64,000 bases of DNA from Perna viridis (lineage: Eukaryota). Both the position numbers and the translations under genes were made by a program. The notes under the pieces are model-generated. The model did not search any database, was not told the DNA's origin, and saw nothing but the letters and a program-made list of their open reading frames with translations. The stretch spans positions 55,558,862-55,622,861 of the forward strand of contig CM074511.1 of the NCBI GenBank assembly GCA_037379345.1. The letters are read 5' to 3'. Below are positions 1 through 14,900 of this stretch, piece after piece (position 1 is the first letter of the stretch; each line of letters opens with the position of its first letter).

Positions 1-179
1 GTACATTTCACCAAGAATTTGACCTCTATTTACAGTGGTCACTTAACGATAAATTAATTATATAGTTCAAGGTTAATGATCTTCATATTCTTCTTTGATA
101 ACATGTTTTGTAAGCTTACAAGAATAATCATCAAGAAATTTCAGTAGGATTTCACAAACTTTACAACATAAGTAATTAC

Positions 180-3100
180 CATATTTGGCCTCCAATTTTC
201 GTGCCACATTTTGGGCTCGTGTTAGTAAAGCGTCTTTGTCATCAGGTTTGGATTTCTGGTAGTCAGTCAAAGCTCGTCTGATGGCTTGAAAATCATTGGT
301 CTCTAAGGCCTCATTCAACTTTTGAGCTGCTACAATTTGTCCATCAACTATTAGAAAAAAAAATAGGTACAAAAGATTATTTTGATTGATTGATTGATTG
401 TTGTTGTTTATTGCCGTTTCGGCGACCAGGGCCATATCACGGCAAGAACATTTAATGCAAGGAAAATATTAAAAGCAAGATCAAAGTCTCTTCATAAAAT
501 AATGAAATTAAAACAAACAGCTATTTACATATAAAAAGGTACATAAAAGGTGAACCTAAGACATAAAATACATATAGAAACATAACTTCGATAAAACATT
601 TAAAATATTGAAAAATCAAGGAAGGTATCCAATTTAGATTTTATTAAATAAACCGATGAAGATTATTTTGATTGTTATTGACGTTTGTTTTGCAAAATCC
701 GTTTTCATTAAATTACATTTCTTACAATTAAAAAAAATAAAACTTAGTTTTTACTGTACAAATCTAAGGCATATCGGTATAGTTCTTTGAATGCCATACT
801 ATAAGACTTCACTGTATTGTATTATTGGTTTTTTTTCGTTGTACATGTACCAGATTGCTATATTATTTTCTTTGTCTTCTTTCCTACCTACCATCGACGT
901 ATGATTTTATTCTACTCTCGTTGATATGTTGTTCCAGGTCCGTCACATCGGATCCAGCCTTCTCCCTTTCCTCTTTAATAACCTCTAACACCTCCTTAGC
1001 ACTTGGTTCTAATTCTTCTTCCGTATCTTTCCGTGTTATGACATACCGACTTACAAGTCGTAGAAACGTCTGATGTTTTTGGTATATATTGAAAATGTAG
1101 TCACCGTTATCTTCTAGGTTAACTTTATATATATCGACTCCTTTCTCGTTGATTTTTTGAATTGAGCTGGAGCTCTGAGGCTCTGACTTGTCTGTTTTCT
1201 GTAGAAATGCTATTAGATTATCAATGTCTCGTGGAACAGGTACCGATATATCAGATTCTTGAGTAATTATAGATTTAACTTTGATTTCTGTAGTATTCTT
1301 CCAGAAGTTTTTACTCTTCTCTATTGTCTTGTTATTCAGTGTACCTACGTCAATTTTTCGTCCGTCTGAATTGACTAGAAATGCATAAGCATTATTAAGT
1401 TTGTGCGGATCATCTTTTCTAAAGGCATAAACATTGAAACCATACTCCCCCTTTACTGGACAATCTACTTCAAATGCCTGTCCACGTTTCTGTCTTTCCT
1501 GCTGAACTCGCATCCTGGGAATTGCTTCCGGGTCATTCGAATGAAGTTCACCAACCAATTCTACATCGTTATTCGTTGCAAACTTAATATTAGCCCTTCC
1601 ATCCTTAGTTTCTATGTAGCCATTCTGGAATGTTGTGGCCATGATACCTAACTGCCCGATTGAAGCATTTGGCCCAAGATTATCCTGGGCAATATGCGGT
1701 AGGCACGGTGCTTTGCCATTCTTAAGGTTACAATGTATCAGGTAATTAAGAACATTTTTTTGCTCCATTGTACTTTCATTTCGGATGTAAAATTTCAGCC
1801 CGTAAAGTCCACTTTGTGGTAGTCTTGTCTTAACAATATAGTTGCCCTTGTTCCAATATATCATGGCATATTTAGACATATTTGCATTGTCAACAAATGA
1901 GTTGACTAATTTCATTTCCATCTTTAGTTCTTGCTTGCCACCGACCACTATTTCTAGGACACCTGTGTCTGTATGAATACTAGATTCTTCATGAGAAATA
2001 AGCACAAGTTTCAGACGTCTTGATAATTTATTCGGTCCCCATCCAATTAGAGGATAATCAGGCAAGGGTAGACATTCTTTTGAAAGTTTATCACAAATAA
2101 CAACGAATGAACAAATCATGTCAAATTTCGACAGTTCTACTTCAGAAGGGTCATTTGCAAAAACGTTTACCCTGAATTTACCCAATATTGGAATATTAAA
2201 CATGAAAGTTATCTTACTTTCATGTCGCTCATAAAGAATGAAATGGTGAAGAACTTTATCGAGTTTCCGAGCTGTATCACCTGCTGGTATCATGCGTATG
2301 AAGTTATGCTTAAAATGATAGTAAACGCCCCTTTTTGGCGGAAAGTTAAGCTCAAATCTGCCCTGACCATCAACTATTGGAACATTGACACTCATCATTG
2401 GAAATGTTATTCCCATTTCCCGAGATCTTTCGCGGACATATATATTGTTTATAAATTCTTCTTTTGTTATAGGCTCCTTTAACAGTTGCCATTTTACTTC
2501 ATCTGGAAAATGAGTCCAAATTAAATGTTCTGCATCCGTAAAGAAATATTCCTCATCAGCGTCTTCCACAGGAGGTCTTGATGTTCTCGATATTGTACGC
2601 GATGTCGTTATAGTAGTATCGTCGTCGTCTCCCGAGTCGATTTTGAGACACTCTTTTGCCCAGAAAATATCTAGAAGGCGCCATTCTTTCTTTATATAGA
2701 CTGCGTTCCATTGTGATCTCATTTCCGGAACTTCTGGTCCTCCCAAGACATAATCGCCATTTTTACTTATCCCGTCTATTACTTGACACGGAATTTCTGC
2801 CATTCTAAAATGAAAATGACAAAGATTTTCAGGACTTCCTTATGCATTTCTTTGTTTGATATGGGTGATAAGCAATACGTAAAACATTCCTTTCTCAATT
2901 CAATGATTTCAAATCACATGTAAAAAAATAAAAGCAGTTGTTCTGTATTACATTTTAATATGATAGATGATAGAATATTTAATTTACTGTCAACTTACGT
3001 GCAAAGAATATAAAACAGGTTTGCTAAATTGCCCATGTCACACTGAATCTTGCTGAAGTAATCTATGGGCGTGTCCGGTTGTGGGTTCTGACCAACGTCT

Positions 3101-4770
3101 ACGGCATCAACATCGAAAGACGTTATCCATCTATATATAGCTCTGACCCGAACAAGATCATCAAAGACGTCATCTCCTGTCAGATATTGTATCAATTCCC
3201 AGAATGTTCCATTTAATAAAGATTTTGGAGCCTAGAAAAACAAAGAAGATCAGTTTAATAGCACGTACAATTGTGATATTGATGAAAAAGAGCTGTTCTT
3301 TCCTTGATTAAATGACCATTACCTGGTGAACTTCTTCGGGTAGTTAACAGGGCAATTCAGAAGGACGTCATACCAGTCATAGATTTTAAAATCTACATAG
3401 TATGTCAACATGTCTTAATCGGAGACGGAGTAATATTACATTAAGTTCAATGCTAACCGATCATTTCATCTTTTAATGTAAGAGTGATCAAGGGAACCAA
3501 GATTCTAGCGGAAATCAAAAGAATGTAATCCAGGAACAAGACCAGACATGGAAAACAGAAAAATACAATTAAGAACATAAAGTAACTAAAATAATACATA
3601 CAAAGTAACAAAAGTGAATGAGCAACTCGGACGCCACTAAAAACTAGGAGCATGGACCAGGTGCACTGCTAGGGTAAGCGTCCTCTGCTTTTCCAGAAAC
3701 ACCCACCGAGTTGCTCATAAAAAGTAAAGTCCGGTGTAGCAAAAGGAAAGGAAAACCATGACACGTTGAACAAATCAGTTTTCATGGTGTAGATGGATAC
3801 ACCGTAACAATCCATGAGACGACCATAAAACTTCTGTAGTGATGACTTCAATCTTGTACCATCATAACCCTGTTCCAGAAGCCTAATTGTAAGAAGTCTA
3901 GCGCGAAACAAAAAGTCTGCGTAGTTACGGCAAGCTCTGGCATAACGTATGAGTTGTGATATGAAAATTCCATACGCTGGTGTAAACTTCCCGTTCTCAT
4001 ACAAACAAAAACACACGAAGAACACATGCGTACGATCTTTAAGAGATACAATTTGATCTCGTGTGAAGCTAGAATTGACGGTTTTCCGACACTGATCAAC
4101 AGTATAATGTGGTGCAATAAAAGCTAATGATGCAATTCACATGCGAATGTAAAGTACTGAAATTACGAGCGCAAGAAGTCGCAAACAATATTAACGACTT
4201 AAAAATACTTATCAAATAATGATCAAAACAAACAATGCATTTCATCAGTGAATGGCGAAGAAAATCGAAGTTTGGAACACATATCAATGTGCCATTTTTC
4301 GACACTTGTGTCTGGATATTTTACCGTCTTCCTCTACAAAAAGCTCTACTTACCGAGATTGCATGTTGATCGACAATGGTAAAATCTATATCTTTAAAGG
4401 CTGTATCTTTTGTGGTTTTATTCGGCACTGGTTCAGGAATGTCTTCCTTCTTTTTGTTTTTCTTTTTCGTGTTTGAGTTTTCTTCAGTCTGTAATTCATT
4501 AATATTTGAACAGTATTTATGCTAAAAATAATCTATTTTTTTCAATATTAAATGAACTTTTTAGCATATAATCAAATTACGTTAGAACGTTTGCTTTCCG
4601 TCAAGACAAGATAGAAAAATCTGTTTATCTAATATGACATTAGACAAAACAATAACTGGTACTTTCCAAATATGCTATTATGATCCAAGCACTTAAATTC
4701 TTTGTTAACATTTCAGAAGTTTCCTTGTAGAACACAGTCCATTGATCTGCCTTACCTTTGCAGTCGACAT
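180..4770 (-). CDS. Paralog A: KY/hillarin-like transglutaminase-like (pseudo-catalytic) protein with KY-type Ig-like repeats; 3' part lies outside the window
   Basis: Exons (- strand, GT-AG, phases consistent): 4770-4756 (tentative start MSTAK, in-frame TAG upstream), 4488-4354, 3231-2999, 2804-892, 347-180. Motifs RAIYRWIT, LCTMAEIPC, QWNAVY..WRLLDIFW, YFFTD...HFP...WQLL, GWGP. The 233 and 168 nt exons match paralog B in size. Later exons are expected left of position 1. Confidence 0.88.
3478..3985 (-). mobile_element. 5'-truncated retroelement remnant (Penelope-like RT C-terminus plus 3' non-coding end) in an intron of paralog A
   Basis: Translation PAYGIFISQLIRYARACRNYADFLFRARLLTIRLLEQGY...LQKFYGR resembles the post-RT helical region of Penelope-like elements; high identity to 31648-32185. 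Confidence 0.75.
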
Positions 4771-7700
4771 TTTTTTAAGCTAATCTGGATTACGGCTCTT
4801 GCCTTTTTACCAACATCCAACAAATACTGCTGAAATACCATAAACAAGTCTCTTAAGCAGCTAACTGGCTTTTCATTAAAAACAAATAAAACGTGATCAA
4901 TCGATATAGCACTTTTGTTTTGTTTTAGTCAGAAGTACTTATCTTTACTTTAATATAGTGTGGAACAGTGGATACCATATATAAGACAAGCAGACTCTTA
5001 AAGGAAGCTGAATGTGTGATGGCGAACGACAAGAAGAAGTAAAAGTACATTTTTGTCATGAGATTTAAAAGGCGAAGAGAGCTGAGACAATCAAGATTTT
5101 TAACTTACAAACTCGGCATGATGCATGGTGTATGGATTCATAAAAAAAACTTGTCCAAAATGATTTTGAGAATAGCAGAACATTTTGGATTAACGAAGAT
5201 CGTGAAATTGAAACATACCTCATTGGTTTCCATTCATCTCATTCAAGAAATAGAAATTATTTTAATGGACGCCATTGTTCGGAAAAGATTAACTTCCTTA
5301 AGTTCAAATAATGCCAAAGATTAAAGATTAAAGACACATTCCTGTTCTACATCGATTGTTTTAAATTTGTGTGTTAATCCTTTTATTCTGAAATCAGTTT
5401 TATTTTAGTTAAAGTGTCAGTCGAGTTCACATTAGGGTTTAGTATACCGACATAATTTTTGTCATAAACTTTTTACGTAGATAATATAGAATAAGTTTTT
5501 CTTCAGACTTAAGAGATACGTGTAATATTGTAAGATTTGTTATGCTTTGTTTCTGCCTTTTTTTTTTGTTTCATTCAAATCAATTTTTAGAACGTTAGCA
5601 CTTGTCTTTTACCATGATAACAAAACACATGCAACTTAAAGTTCGGTATTTCTAAACTATTTTTGCAAACCTTTAATCTTAGTAATTTTGATTCTGGGAA
5701 CAACAGCAAACTTGCAAATGTTCTTCAAACAAACAAATTCACCTAACAGTAGGTTCTCAACCGATGTTTGGCCATGTAGTAGTTCACCTTGAAGCAAAGC
5801 CGCCCACCCTCTTGACAAATAATGCAAAGAATGCTTTAATAGTCCACACCAGACCTATCATTTCTACTTTTAATAATTACTAGTAAATTCAAATTTATGA
5901 GTTCAAAGGAATTTTAAAAAAATGTGATTTGTTTATGCCGTTACACCAATTAAACGATGACTCGTCCAACTCTTTCCTAAATTGAATTAAAATCTGAAGA
6001 AAACACTTAAAAGAATTTTAATTAACAAAAACCTGTCCAGATAACTTTGAAAATCTGTTTTCATTTAATATCGTTTCTGTGTGAACGTTTTAATAAACTT
6101 TGTTTTGTGTGACGACAGAAACTTCACTTACTAGATTTTATGATTTCCGAAACTTCAGAACTTGCGGATATCACATTTCCTCCAGTGATGCTCCTCGTCT
6201 GCTGTCCGTTTTTGTTTCAGTCTTTATTTTGTCCCGGATCTCCCCTCATTTCAAACTTCGACATTTTCACTCTATAAATATCATCTTTGACAATAATCAT
6301 TGTACTGAATGCTTATTATAAATAGCATTCCGTCCTTCCGGCTGTCCTTCATACTTTCATATCCTATAGTCCTTCAAAACGCTGGGTGGATTTCATACAA
6401 ATTTCAGATAAGTCATTCCGTAGTGTCGTTGTGCACTTGCTTTTTTTTGTATTTGTTCTATTGAGTTAGGCAACGTTTTTTCATTATCTCAACATGGACT
6501 TTCCTATAAACTAAAATTGATAGCAGGGGTATCAAATTTGTAAACACAACTCCAGCTAAACTGATAGTTGGTTTTCTCATTGCTTTTTTTTTAAATTTTA
6601 GATTGATTTTGGGTTTTCATTACTGGAACATCGACTTTGCTGTTAACTCAGGTGGTTGGTTGGTGATACACATGAAACTAATCCTAAATCACTTATCATT
6701 AGTAAATGCTTCTTAGTTAATGCTATTGTGGACCTGCTATTTTGACTTCCAATCCAAATTTATTACGGCATTTCCCATTGGTTCATTTCCATCTTGTCAT
6801 TGACCCAAATACATTTGAAAGGTACCCATTGTTACTACGTGTATCATTTTCAAAGATGCCAAAAGTTTCTTTCGTGTCACTTTTGTGCATCTCGTTAGTT
6901 TTGGGTTCTTATAAAAAAAAATAGAATCGAAAGCAAATTTAATAACACACAGATATTCACAAACATCTCATGTGTGCTGGATGATTTTGTGTGAGTAATT
7001 CTGGTTTTGTAATTGAATTTATTTGTAAGTTGTTTCCAGATCTAAGTTTGAATTTGCCGCGTTTAATGCTATGAGGTTCACATTTAGGTCGAACTCCAAG
7101 CCTCGTTTTGAAATACAAACCATGCTTCAGGCGTCACGTTTATATTTGTTTGCTTCCCCTCCCACCTTTTAGTATCACTGTATATGGTTGCGGGGGCTAC
7201 TCACTTGCACATCATATTATGCTATGTTTTGTATTGTAATATTGGCTGTTATGCTTACTTGTACCTTGTTGGACTTTTATTTGTATCATATGTGATTGGG
7301 GACATGTAATTGGGGTTTGTTTTCTTAGGATTCCAAGCTGATTAAATATTTCCACACCTTTTTCTTTATATAAATATACCAAGTTTATCCGCGAAATACT
7401 GCGGATATGCATCTTTTGTTTGTACCATACATTGATTTCGATGTAGGAGGCTTGCATCTTTAGTAAATCAATGGGACAACTTTTTGAGTCAAAAGCAAAA
7501 AGCAAAACAAAGAACGTATCTGTCGATAATGTGACGATGGACAAATCGGCAATTATATTTGTATATGCAAACATGGGCAAATAAGCCAACTCCGTCCACA
7601 GTATAACTCTCATTATTTCACAGAAAATCCACGTGAAGATAAATTATATGGCTTACTTCGACTCTGTAATGTTCGAGTACATAACAATTTGGCTATTTTT

Positions 7701-8217
7701 TAAAACGTTACGGATCAAGATTTTCTTCTAATAACTGCATACCTTATAAATTATCGTAAGTTAATTTGATTTATAGGAACAATCCAATATTCCATTAATA
7801 GAATATAATTATTGATAACTATACCCGCGCGACCCAATTGTTAACCGGACTTCTTGATTTGTCACGGTCACGTGGTCTATCATTTGTTCTAAATTGTATT
7901 AGTATCCCTTGCGTATTTCAAAATAATGTATTTATATACTATTCAATATTGTAAATGCATGTATATTATTATTAAGTTTAAGACCAGATCACTTGTATAT
8001 ATTGTAATGTCTGCCTCTTGTTGCAATCCTGTACTGTCTGAGAAAAATAAAATCTTTGCTCATAGATTAGCAAATTTACACCTATCTACGTCATATATAT
8101 TATCCCGCCCATACGGGAGGCGCCACATAGGGCACACATTATAAAATTCGTAGTGGGAATAACATTTCCCGTTCGTGAAAATATTTTGTTGATTGTAGTA
8201 TAAACACAATAATTAGA

Positions 8218-8338
8218 TCTTGACTTCACTTAAAAGGAATTAAAGGATTCGGTACGATATGAGGTAACTGCGAGGCGGAGCCTCGCAGTTACCCCGTTTC
8301 TTCGCCTCATCCATTTATTCTTTTTTGTGAAGTTAAGA
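8218..8338. repeat. Foldback palindrome between paralogs A and B
   Basis: Perfect 14 bp stem ggtaactgcgaggc-gga-gcctcgcagttacc (8263-8293) with imperfect outer arms tcttgacttcac/gtgaagttaaga. Confidence 0.75.
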
Positions 8339-8965
8339 CACTGCTATTGTCTATGTAATGTGTGCAAGACTTTATACTCAGTTTCTCATCATCTTCTTAT
8401 TTGACGTAATGTTTGGTTGACTTTAAGGTTTCGTAATTTTTCGTTGTACATTGCCCAGGAACCTTAATATGAAAATGATGTGAAAATCGAATTGTAAATT
8501 CACCCAATCAACTCATAAATAATACTGGATGGATAGCTAGATTTTAATTATATTGTAAAACCGAACGGTTCAAACATGATAATATCTGTAATTACATTAA
8601 TGAGATGTAACACTACGTTCGACAAAATGTACATATTATACCTGAACTTATGCACTGACAGCAATGTTGAAAAAACGGTAGGCATTTTCTAATACACCCA
8701 GTGTCTTATTTACTATAAATATTAAGAAAAAATATTATAAATTGCCACATGAATATGTTTTTATGTAAATTCGATGCGTTCAACAGTACAGACAGTACAT
8801 GGTTACAAATAATTATTAAGTCTCGTAAAACATATATTTCATATCTTTACAAGTATATAAAGTAAAGGATACAGTTTATTAAAATGTTATGAGTATTGAA
8901 CAAATGTAATATGCATATTTCGTTCAATAACAGCTTGCCTCCCGATACAAAAGCTAAATTATTGT

Positions 8966-11900
8966 TTATTTTGTTTTGACACTATTAGCCCACATTCTTT
9001 CGATCGCTTCTTTGTCGTCTTTTCGCCTATGATAAATGTCCTTATAGAGCTTGTTTTTGTCCCCTTCGACTGGTTCTTTAACTTCTCTGATAGGACGTCG
9101 AGCTAATGGGTCGCCACCATGGTAAGTACCATTAACAAGTTTCACAGGCTTCCCAGAATCCTCTGGGATACTTTGATTTCCGTCCATAGAACGCAGATCA
9201 TCACCGTCCATTTCCTCCAATCTCTTTTTGTAATTGTTAAAATACGAACTGTGATCTTCGTGTTCTTTTGATTTTGAATGGACGATATTCTTGGCTATAA
9301 AATTTTTCGGTTTGGTATCACGTGATTTTGATTCTCTTGTTATGTTATCTTTATTGCCGTTAGCACTTGGTGCATTTGCCTGATTTGTAAACTTCGTAAT
9401 ATTTTGGCCAGTTTTGTTCTTCATGTATTCATTGTCTTTTGTGCTGCTTCTTTCTTCTGCTTCTTTTGGGTTTTGGGTTTTCTTTTGTTTTATCAGACGG
9501 TTATGTCTGTTGTATTTCGGTTCCAGAGCGTCTGGATCAATCAACAGACTTTCTAATGTTACAAAAGTCGGTTTATCACTCTTTTTCTCCCTCCTTGGAG
9601 ATGGAGGAGGTGTTTTCTCTATTTCTGCTTTGGCTTGACTACTATCTGGAACCACGATTTGAACACCTAGAGTTCCCGCGTTTGCTTCTATGTCTCTCAA
9701 CATTTGTTCCACCTGGAAATAGTAAATAATCCAAGTATTTATCCCGTTTTTATGAAAAGGGTGTATGTGAAAGAAAACACATTTCTCGTTGAAAACCAAT
9801 TTTACATTGTTACAAGTAAGACTAGTATTACTATGTTTCCTAAACTTTAAAGTACACATATCTTATTTCATTTACGTTTGTTTTTAATAGATAAAACGAA
9901 GAGGTCATTAAGAACATAAATATACTAACACATTCAAAGTTGACGAATGTTTGTAAAATTTAGAAAAAACGCCTTACCCATAAAAATATAGATGCAGCTT
10001 CACGACTTCCAGCGTGTACTTGCTTTGCAGAGTATGGCTCTACTGTTTTCTTTGCCTCAAACGCAAGAGCAAGGTTGGCATCCTTCGGATCAAACGTAGA
10101 CATCTGTGTTAGGTAAGACTTTTCTCCATGTTGCCCTAGTATCTTTTGGCATTGTTTCCAGGTCTGTAGTTACATTAAAACAAATCGTTACACTTTTTAA
10201 CAGGTATTAAGTTTCTAATAGAATGCAAAGAAATTAAAATGGTTTTTCAAACTCATTCTAAAACACTCAAATCACGTATTATTTCATATTCTCAGGTTAC
10301 ATTCTCAAATACCTTATATTAGATTTTCAAAGTGAAACCCCTCAACATATCTTTTAGACAGTATACCGTGGAAACCTGTCGCTGTGCTTATTTCATTTTC
10401 TGTATTTTTGTTTGTTTTCGTCAGTTTTATATGTTTTCTCTAACGTTTTTTTTTTGCCCCTTGATTTCTGCTCTTTGATAACTCCTTTTCATTTGTAAAA
10501 CGCATTTTTCGACTTTTATGGATATGACGTTTTACATGCCCTAAAAAACGAAATAGAACAATGCAATATAATATATAGTTATAATGAGATTTTTTTCAGC
10601 CGTATATTTTAAGGTATTTACGTAAAAGGTATTAACATGTCAATATCAAGGCTAACGTGGTTTTAATTGCATAACTACATTTAAATTCTCATTTACTTTG
10701 AATACAACCTCGTAAAGTCAACAGTGTTTGTTTACCTGATTTAGGTTGTTGACAGGTTCAAAAACAAGCTATAGTAATTACTGCAGGACATTTTATTTTT
10801 TGTGACGAATTATTATAAGAGTAAAACAGTACAAAATTACATCTGATAAATGCATAGTTAAAGAAGAAATCACCTGAATTTCGGCAGAACTATATCCTAG
10901 TAACAGTAGTGAAGCCATGACAGTTTGATGTACCCCGACTGGTGGTGTATTATATTGCCTTAGTTCCCCAATCATTCTGTTGTCGGTGTTTCTTACCATC
11001 TCCTGCATAGTTCGTACAGCTGCCAGTCTATCTCGCAGTCTTTTGGCGTGAATTATCTGCTGGTCAAAAATACCGTGCTCATTGGCTGCATAGGCTGCTG
11101 CTATAGCCCTGTCTAGATTGGTAAGTTCTCTTGCCTTATAAGCCCGTAGTAGGTCTGAAACAGTTGTAGCATGGTACAATACAGCCAAGTCCTTATAGTT
11201 TTAATTATTAAATTATGGAATTTTTCAGTAATAAGAATTGTTACAGTTTAATCCACCAGACTGAAATGAACACTGAAATCTTGATTAATTAAAAAAAAAA
11301 TGAACGCATATAAACAAATACTGATTACAAACCTACCATCCTAGCAGTGAACGTGTTTAAGCTATTGATTATCAATAACTTAAGGTATTCTAAATGCGAA
11401 ATTGAAACCTTAAATTGAAAAGCGAACTGTGTACTCACTATTATGTAATTAATGGGTCCTATATTAACTACAGTTTCAACTGTGTGGTCTTTTTGAATAA
11501 TAATTGATTTCAAATTCATAAAACTACAGGTAAAAGTATTTGGTATGTTTACTTAAAGTAATAATACCTACTGATTTAAAATGGTTATATTTTATCTGAA
11601 GATTTAATTTATTGATAATTGCTGTACAATCTACCGATATTATTACGTATGTTGTGCTGTCAAGAAACGATTCTAATTTTAATTTACTTATTGGGCTAAA
11701 AAGTAACTCTGAAGACTCCTTGAGATAAACTTTAGATAAACAACGGTTTCTAATTTGTCGACTGGACAATTCAATGAAATTTAATCTATATTCTAAAAGT
11801 CCTGGCCTTCGGGCATCGTGAATACAGTTTTATTACCGTGTATATAACTGTTCTATTAATTTTTATCAGCTATAACGTGTCGACTATTCGCGGGTAGGAA

Positions 11901-14900
11901 CCGTGTATCCGATCTTTCTTAGGTTCACGTCAACAATTAAACTTTTTGGCATTTCCGGCTTGATATCCGTGTCCAGTGCCGATGCATGCATTATATTCCC
12001 TCTGTTATTACAGTTTTGTATGTTACTCCTGGTTGTTGAAATTCTTGTCCAAGATTTTATCTTTCTTAACCATATACCAAGAAAAATATATGAATCATTT
12101 ATCAAAATATTCCGTTGCACCTACCATATTTAGCTTCCAACATTTTGATTTGTTTTTTACTGTTAGTAATGAGGTCATCCTTTCCATCTGGGTTACTGAT
12201 CTGGTATTGTGTCAGAGCTTGTCTGATTAGGTCAGGATCGTTGGATTGCAGTGCTTCTGCAAGTCTTTGTGCTGCTTCTATTCTTTTGTCAACTAGAATA
12301 ATTTGACATCAGTAAGCGAAGAAACATTTGTCTTAAAGAGATATTGTCTTTATTGAATTATTTTTTTTTTAATTGCTGTTATTCTTTCCCCGTTTGCTTT
12401 AATTTTGTCTACGTTCTTTTATAGATCATAAGAATTTGCTTTGTGTTGTGTTTGATAGAACATGTTCACAACATAAATGAACATACAATATGCAATGAAC
12501 AAATGGATTTTGAACAGTGATAATAGAGTAGGTGGACTTGCATACTTTAGTTTATTTTCTCTATACCAACCATCTACGTAAGTCTTCATTCTGCTGACAG
12601 TCATGTACCGCTCCATATCTGTTACGTCAGTTCCTGCCAACTGCCTCTCCTCTTTTATTATTTCCAAAACCTCTTTTGAATCATCTTCGATTTCGTTCAT
12701 GTCGTCATTCCTAGTGATAAAATAGCTTTTTACAAGCCGCATACATTGTTGTTCTAGTTGAAACACGTTGAAAATGTAGTCTCCTGGGTCATTCAGTTTG
12801 ACATTGTATATCTCAATACCCTTTTCAGTTATTCGATCAACTGAGTCCGAAGTCTGAGGTTCAGATCTGTCGGCTTTTTGTAAAAATGCCATGAGGTTGT
12901 TTTCTCCTCTAGGTACAGGGATCGATACTTCGTTAAGGATGGTTTTTATTCTTTCTGTTCTCACTTCTTTTGTCTGTCGTTGTATTTTCCTTTCTAGTGT
13001 TTTGTTTTTGTTTCCAATACTTATATTTCTACCATGCGAAATCACAAGAAACGAGTATGCATTTATTAATTTTTGAGGTTCATTCTTCCTCCTCGCGTAT
13101 ACGTTAAATCCATATTCACCCTGAATTGGTACATCCAATGAGAACCCTTGTTTATTACCCTTTCTATACGGGCTAAACCTCATTCTTGGAATGGCTTCTG
13201 GATCGTTAGTGTGAAGCTCCCCAACCAGTTCAATATCGGATTTTGCAATTACAAATTCAACATTAGCATGCCCATCCTTCGTTTCGATATATCCGCTTTC
13301 ATGGATAGTGGCCATCAGGCCAAGGTTCTCGCCAGCAAGGTCAGCTCCAAGAACATCTTGCGCTATATGGGGTAGACTGTAAACCTTGCCCTTTTTCATT
13401 GAACAATGAATCAAATAATTAAGTACGTTGTCTAGCTCCATGGTTTGAGCGTTTCTAGCGAAAAATTTCATCCCATATATACCTTTCTGGGGTAGTCTAG
13501 TTTTAATAATGTATTTTCCGTTGTTCCAGTACATAATTGCGTATTTAGACGTATTCGTATTATCTACGTATGGATTCACAAGCTTCATTTCTAACTTTAA
13601 GCTCTGTTTTCCTTCAAGTTCTATATGTAAAACTCCATCAGATGTGAAAATACTTGACTCTTCGTGAGTAATAGGTATTAAACCCAATCTTCTAGATATT
13701 TTTGTCGGACCCCAACCAATTTTAGGGTAGTCGGGCATAGGTAAGCACTCTTTTGAAAGCTCGGATGAGAGTATACAAACAGAACATATTAAATCAAATT
13801 TCTCTAATCCTTCAGTTTCTGGGTCACTAGCAAAAATGTTTACACGAAATCTTCCAAGGACAGGTATATTAAAAATAAATTCTATTTTGTCATCATGGCG
13901 CTCAAATAAAATGAAATGATGGAGTATTTTATCCAGCCTGCGCATGTCTTCGCCTTCTGGAATCATTCGCTTGAAGTTGTGCTTCAAATGGTATTTCTGG
14001 CCTCTTTTTGGAGGGAAACTTAACTCAAAATTAGCTTTCCCGTCTTTAACTTTTATGATACAATTTTTCTGTGGGTATGCAATACCCAATTCACGTGATC
14101 GCTCTCGAACATACAGCATACTGAGAAATTCACTTTTAGACACTGGTTTTTTAAGTAATTGCCATTTATCATCATCTGGAAAGTGTGTCCATATTAAATC
14201 TTGGGCATCTGTGAAGAAGTATTCGTCGTCAGCTTCTTCTTCGTGTAGAGATCTTGCTATGGACGGATTTGATTCATCGTCATCTCCAGAATTTATCATG
14301 ACGCAAGTTTTAGCCCAGTAAACATCCAAAAGACGCCATTCCCTCTGCACATAGACAGCATTCCACTGAGATTTCATTTCGGTATTTTCGGTTTCTCCTA
14401 ATTTATAGTGTTTGTTCTTTGTAATGCCGTCGACTATTTTACAAGGTACTTCGGCCATCCTAGAATTTTACATGTCAACTTTCAACACACTTTCAAATTT
14501 TATACGTACAAAAAACAAAATAATCGAGAATACTGTATAGCCTTATCGTTTTCTGGTTAAGTACATTTTATGGGTATCTGTGATACTTCGAAAGCTTTTG
14601 TCCTTAGTCTTTAAGCTGTTGCAAAAAACTTTTCTTGAATAAAATTGTAACAGTGGTGCTGTGTATTGAAAAGCCTTATACATAATCACCAAAGAGTTCG
14701 GCTAAAAAGTCGACAGTTGTTCAGTTTAAATTGAATTAAATGGATCGTGGAAAATCGTGATGTGAAATTAAATGCTAGAAATACTGTATCTGATTTTCTT
14801 CCAATGTCGTAAATTGAATGTGATGACAAGTTTTTTTTCAGACGAAAAATTGTAAGTGTGGAGAGCAGTTACTGGTTATTACTTTCAACACTTTACGACA

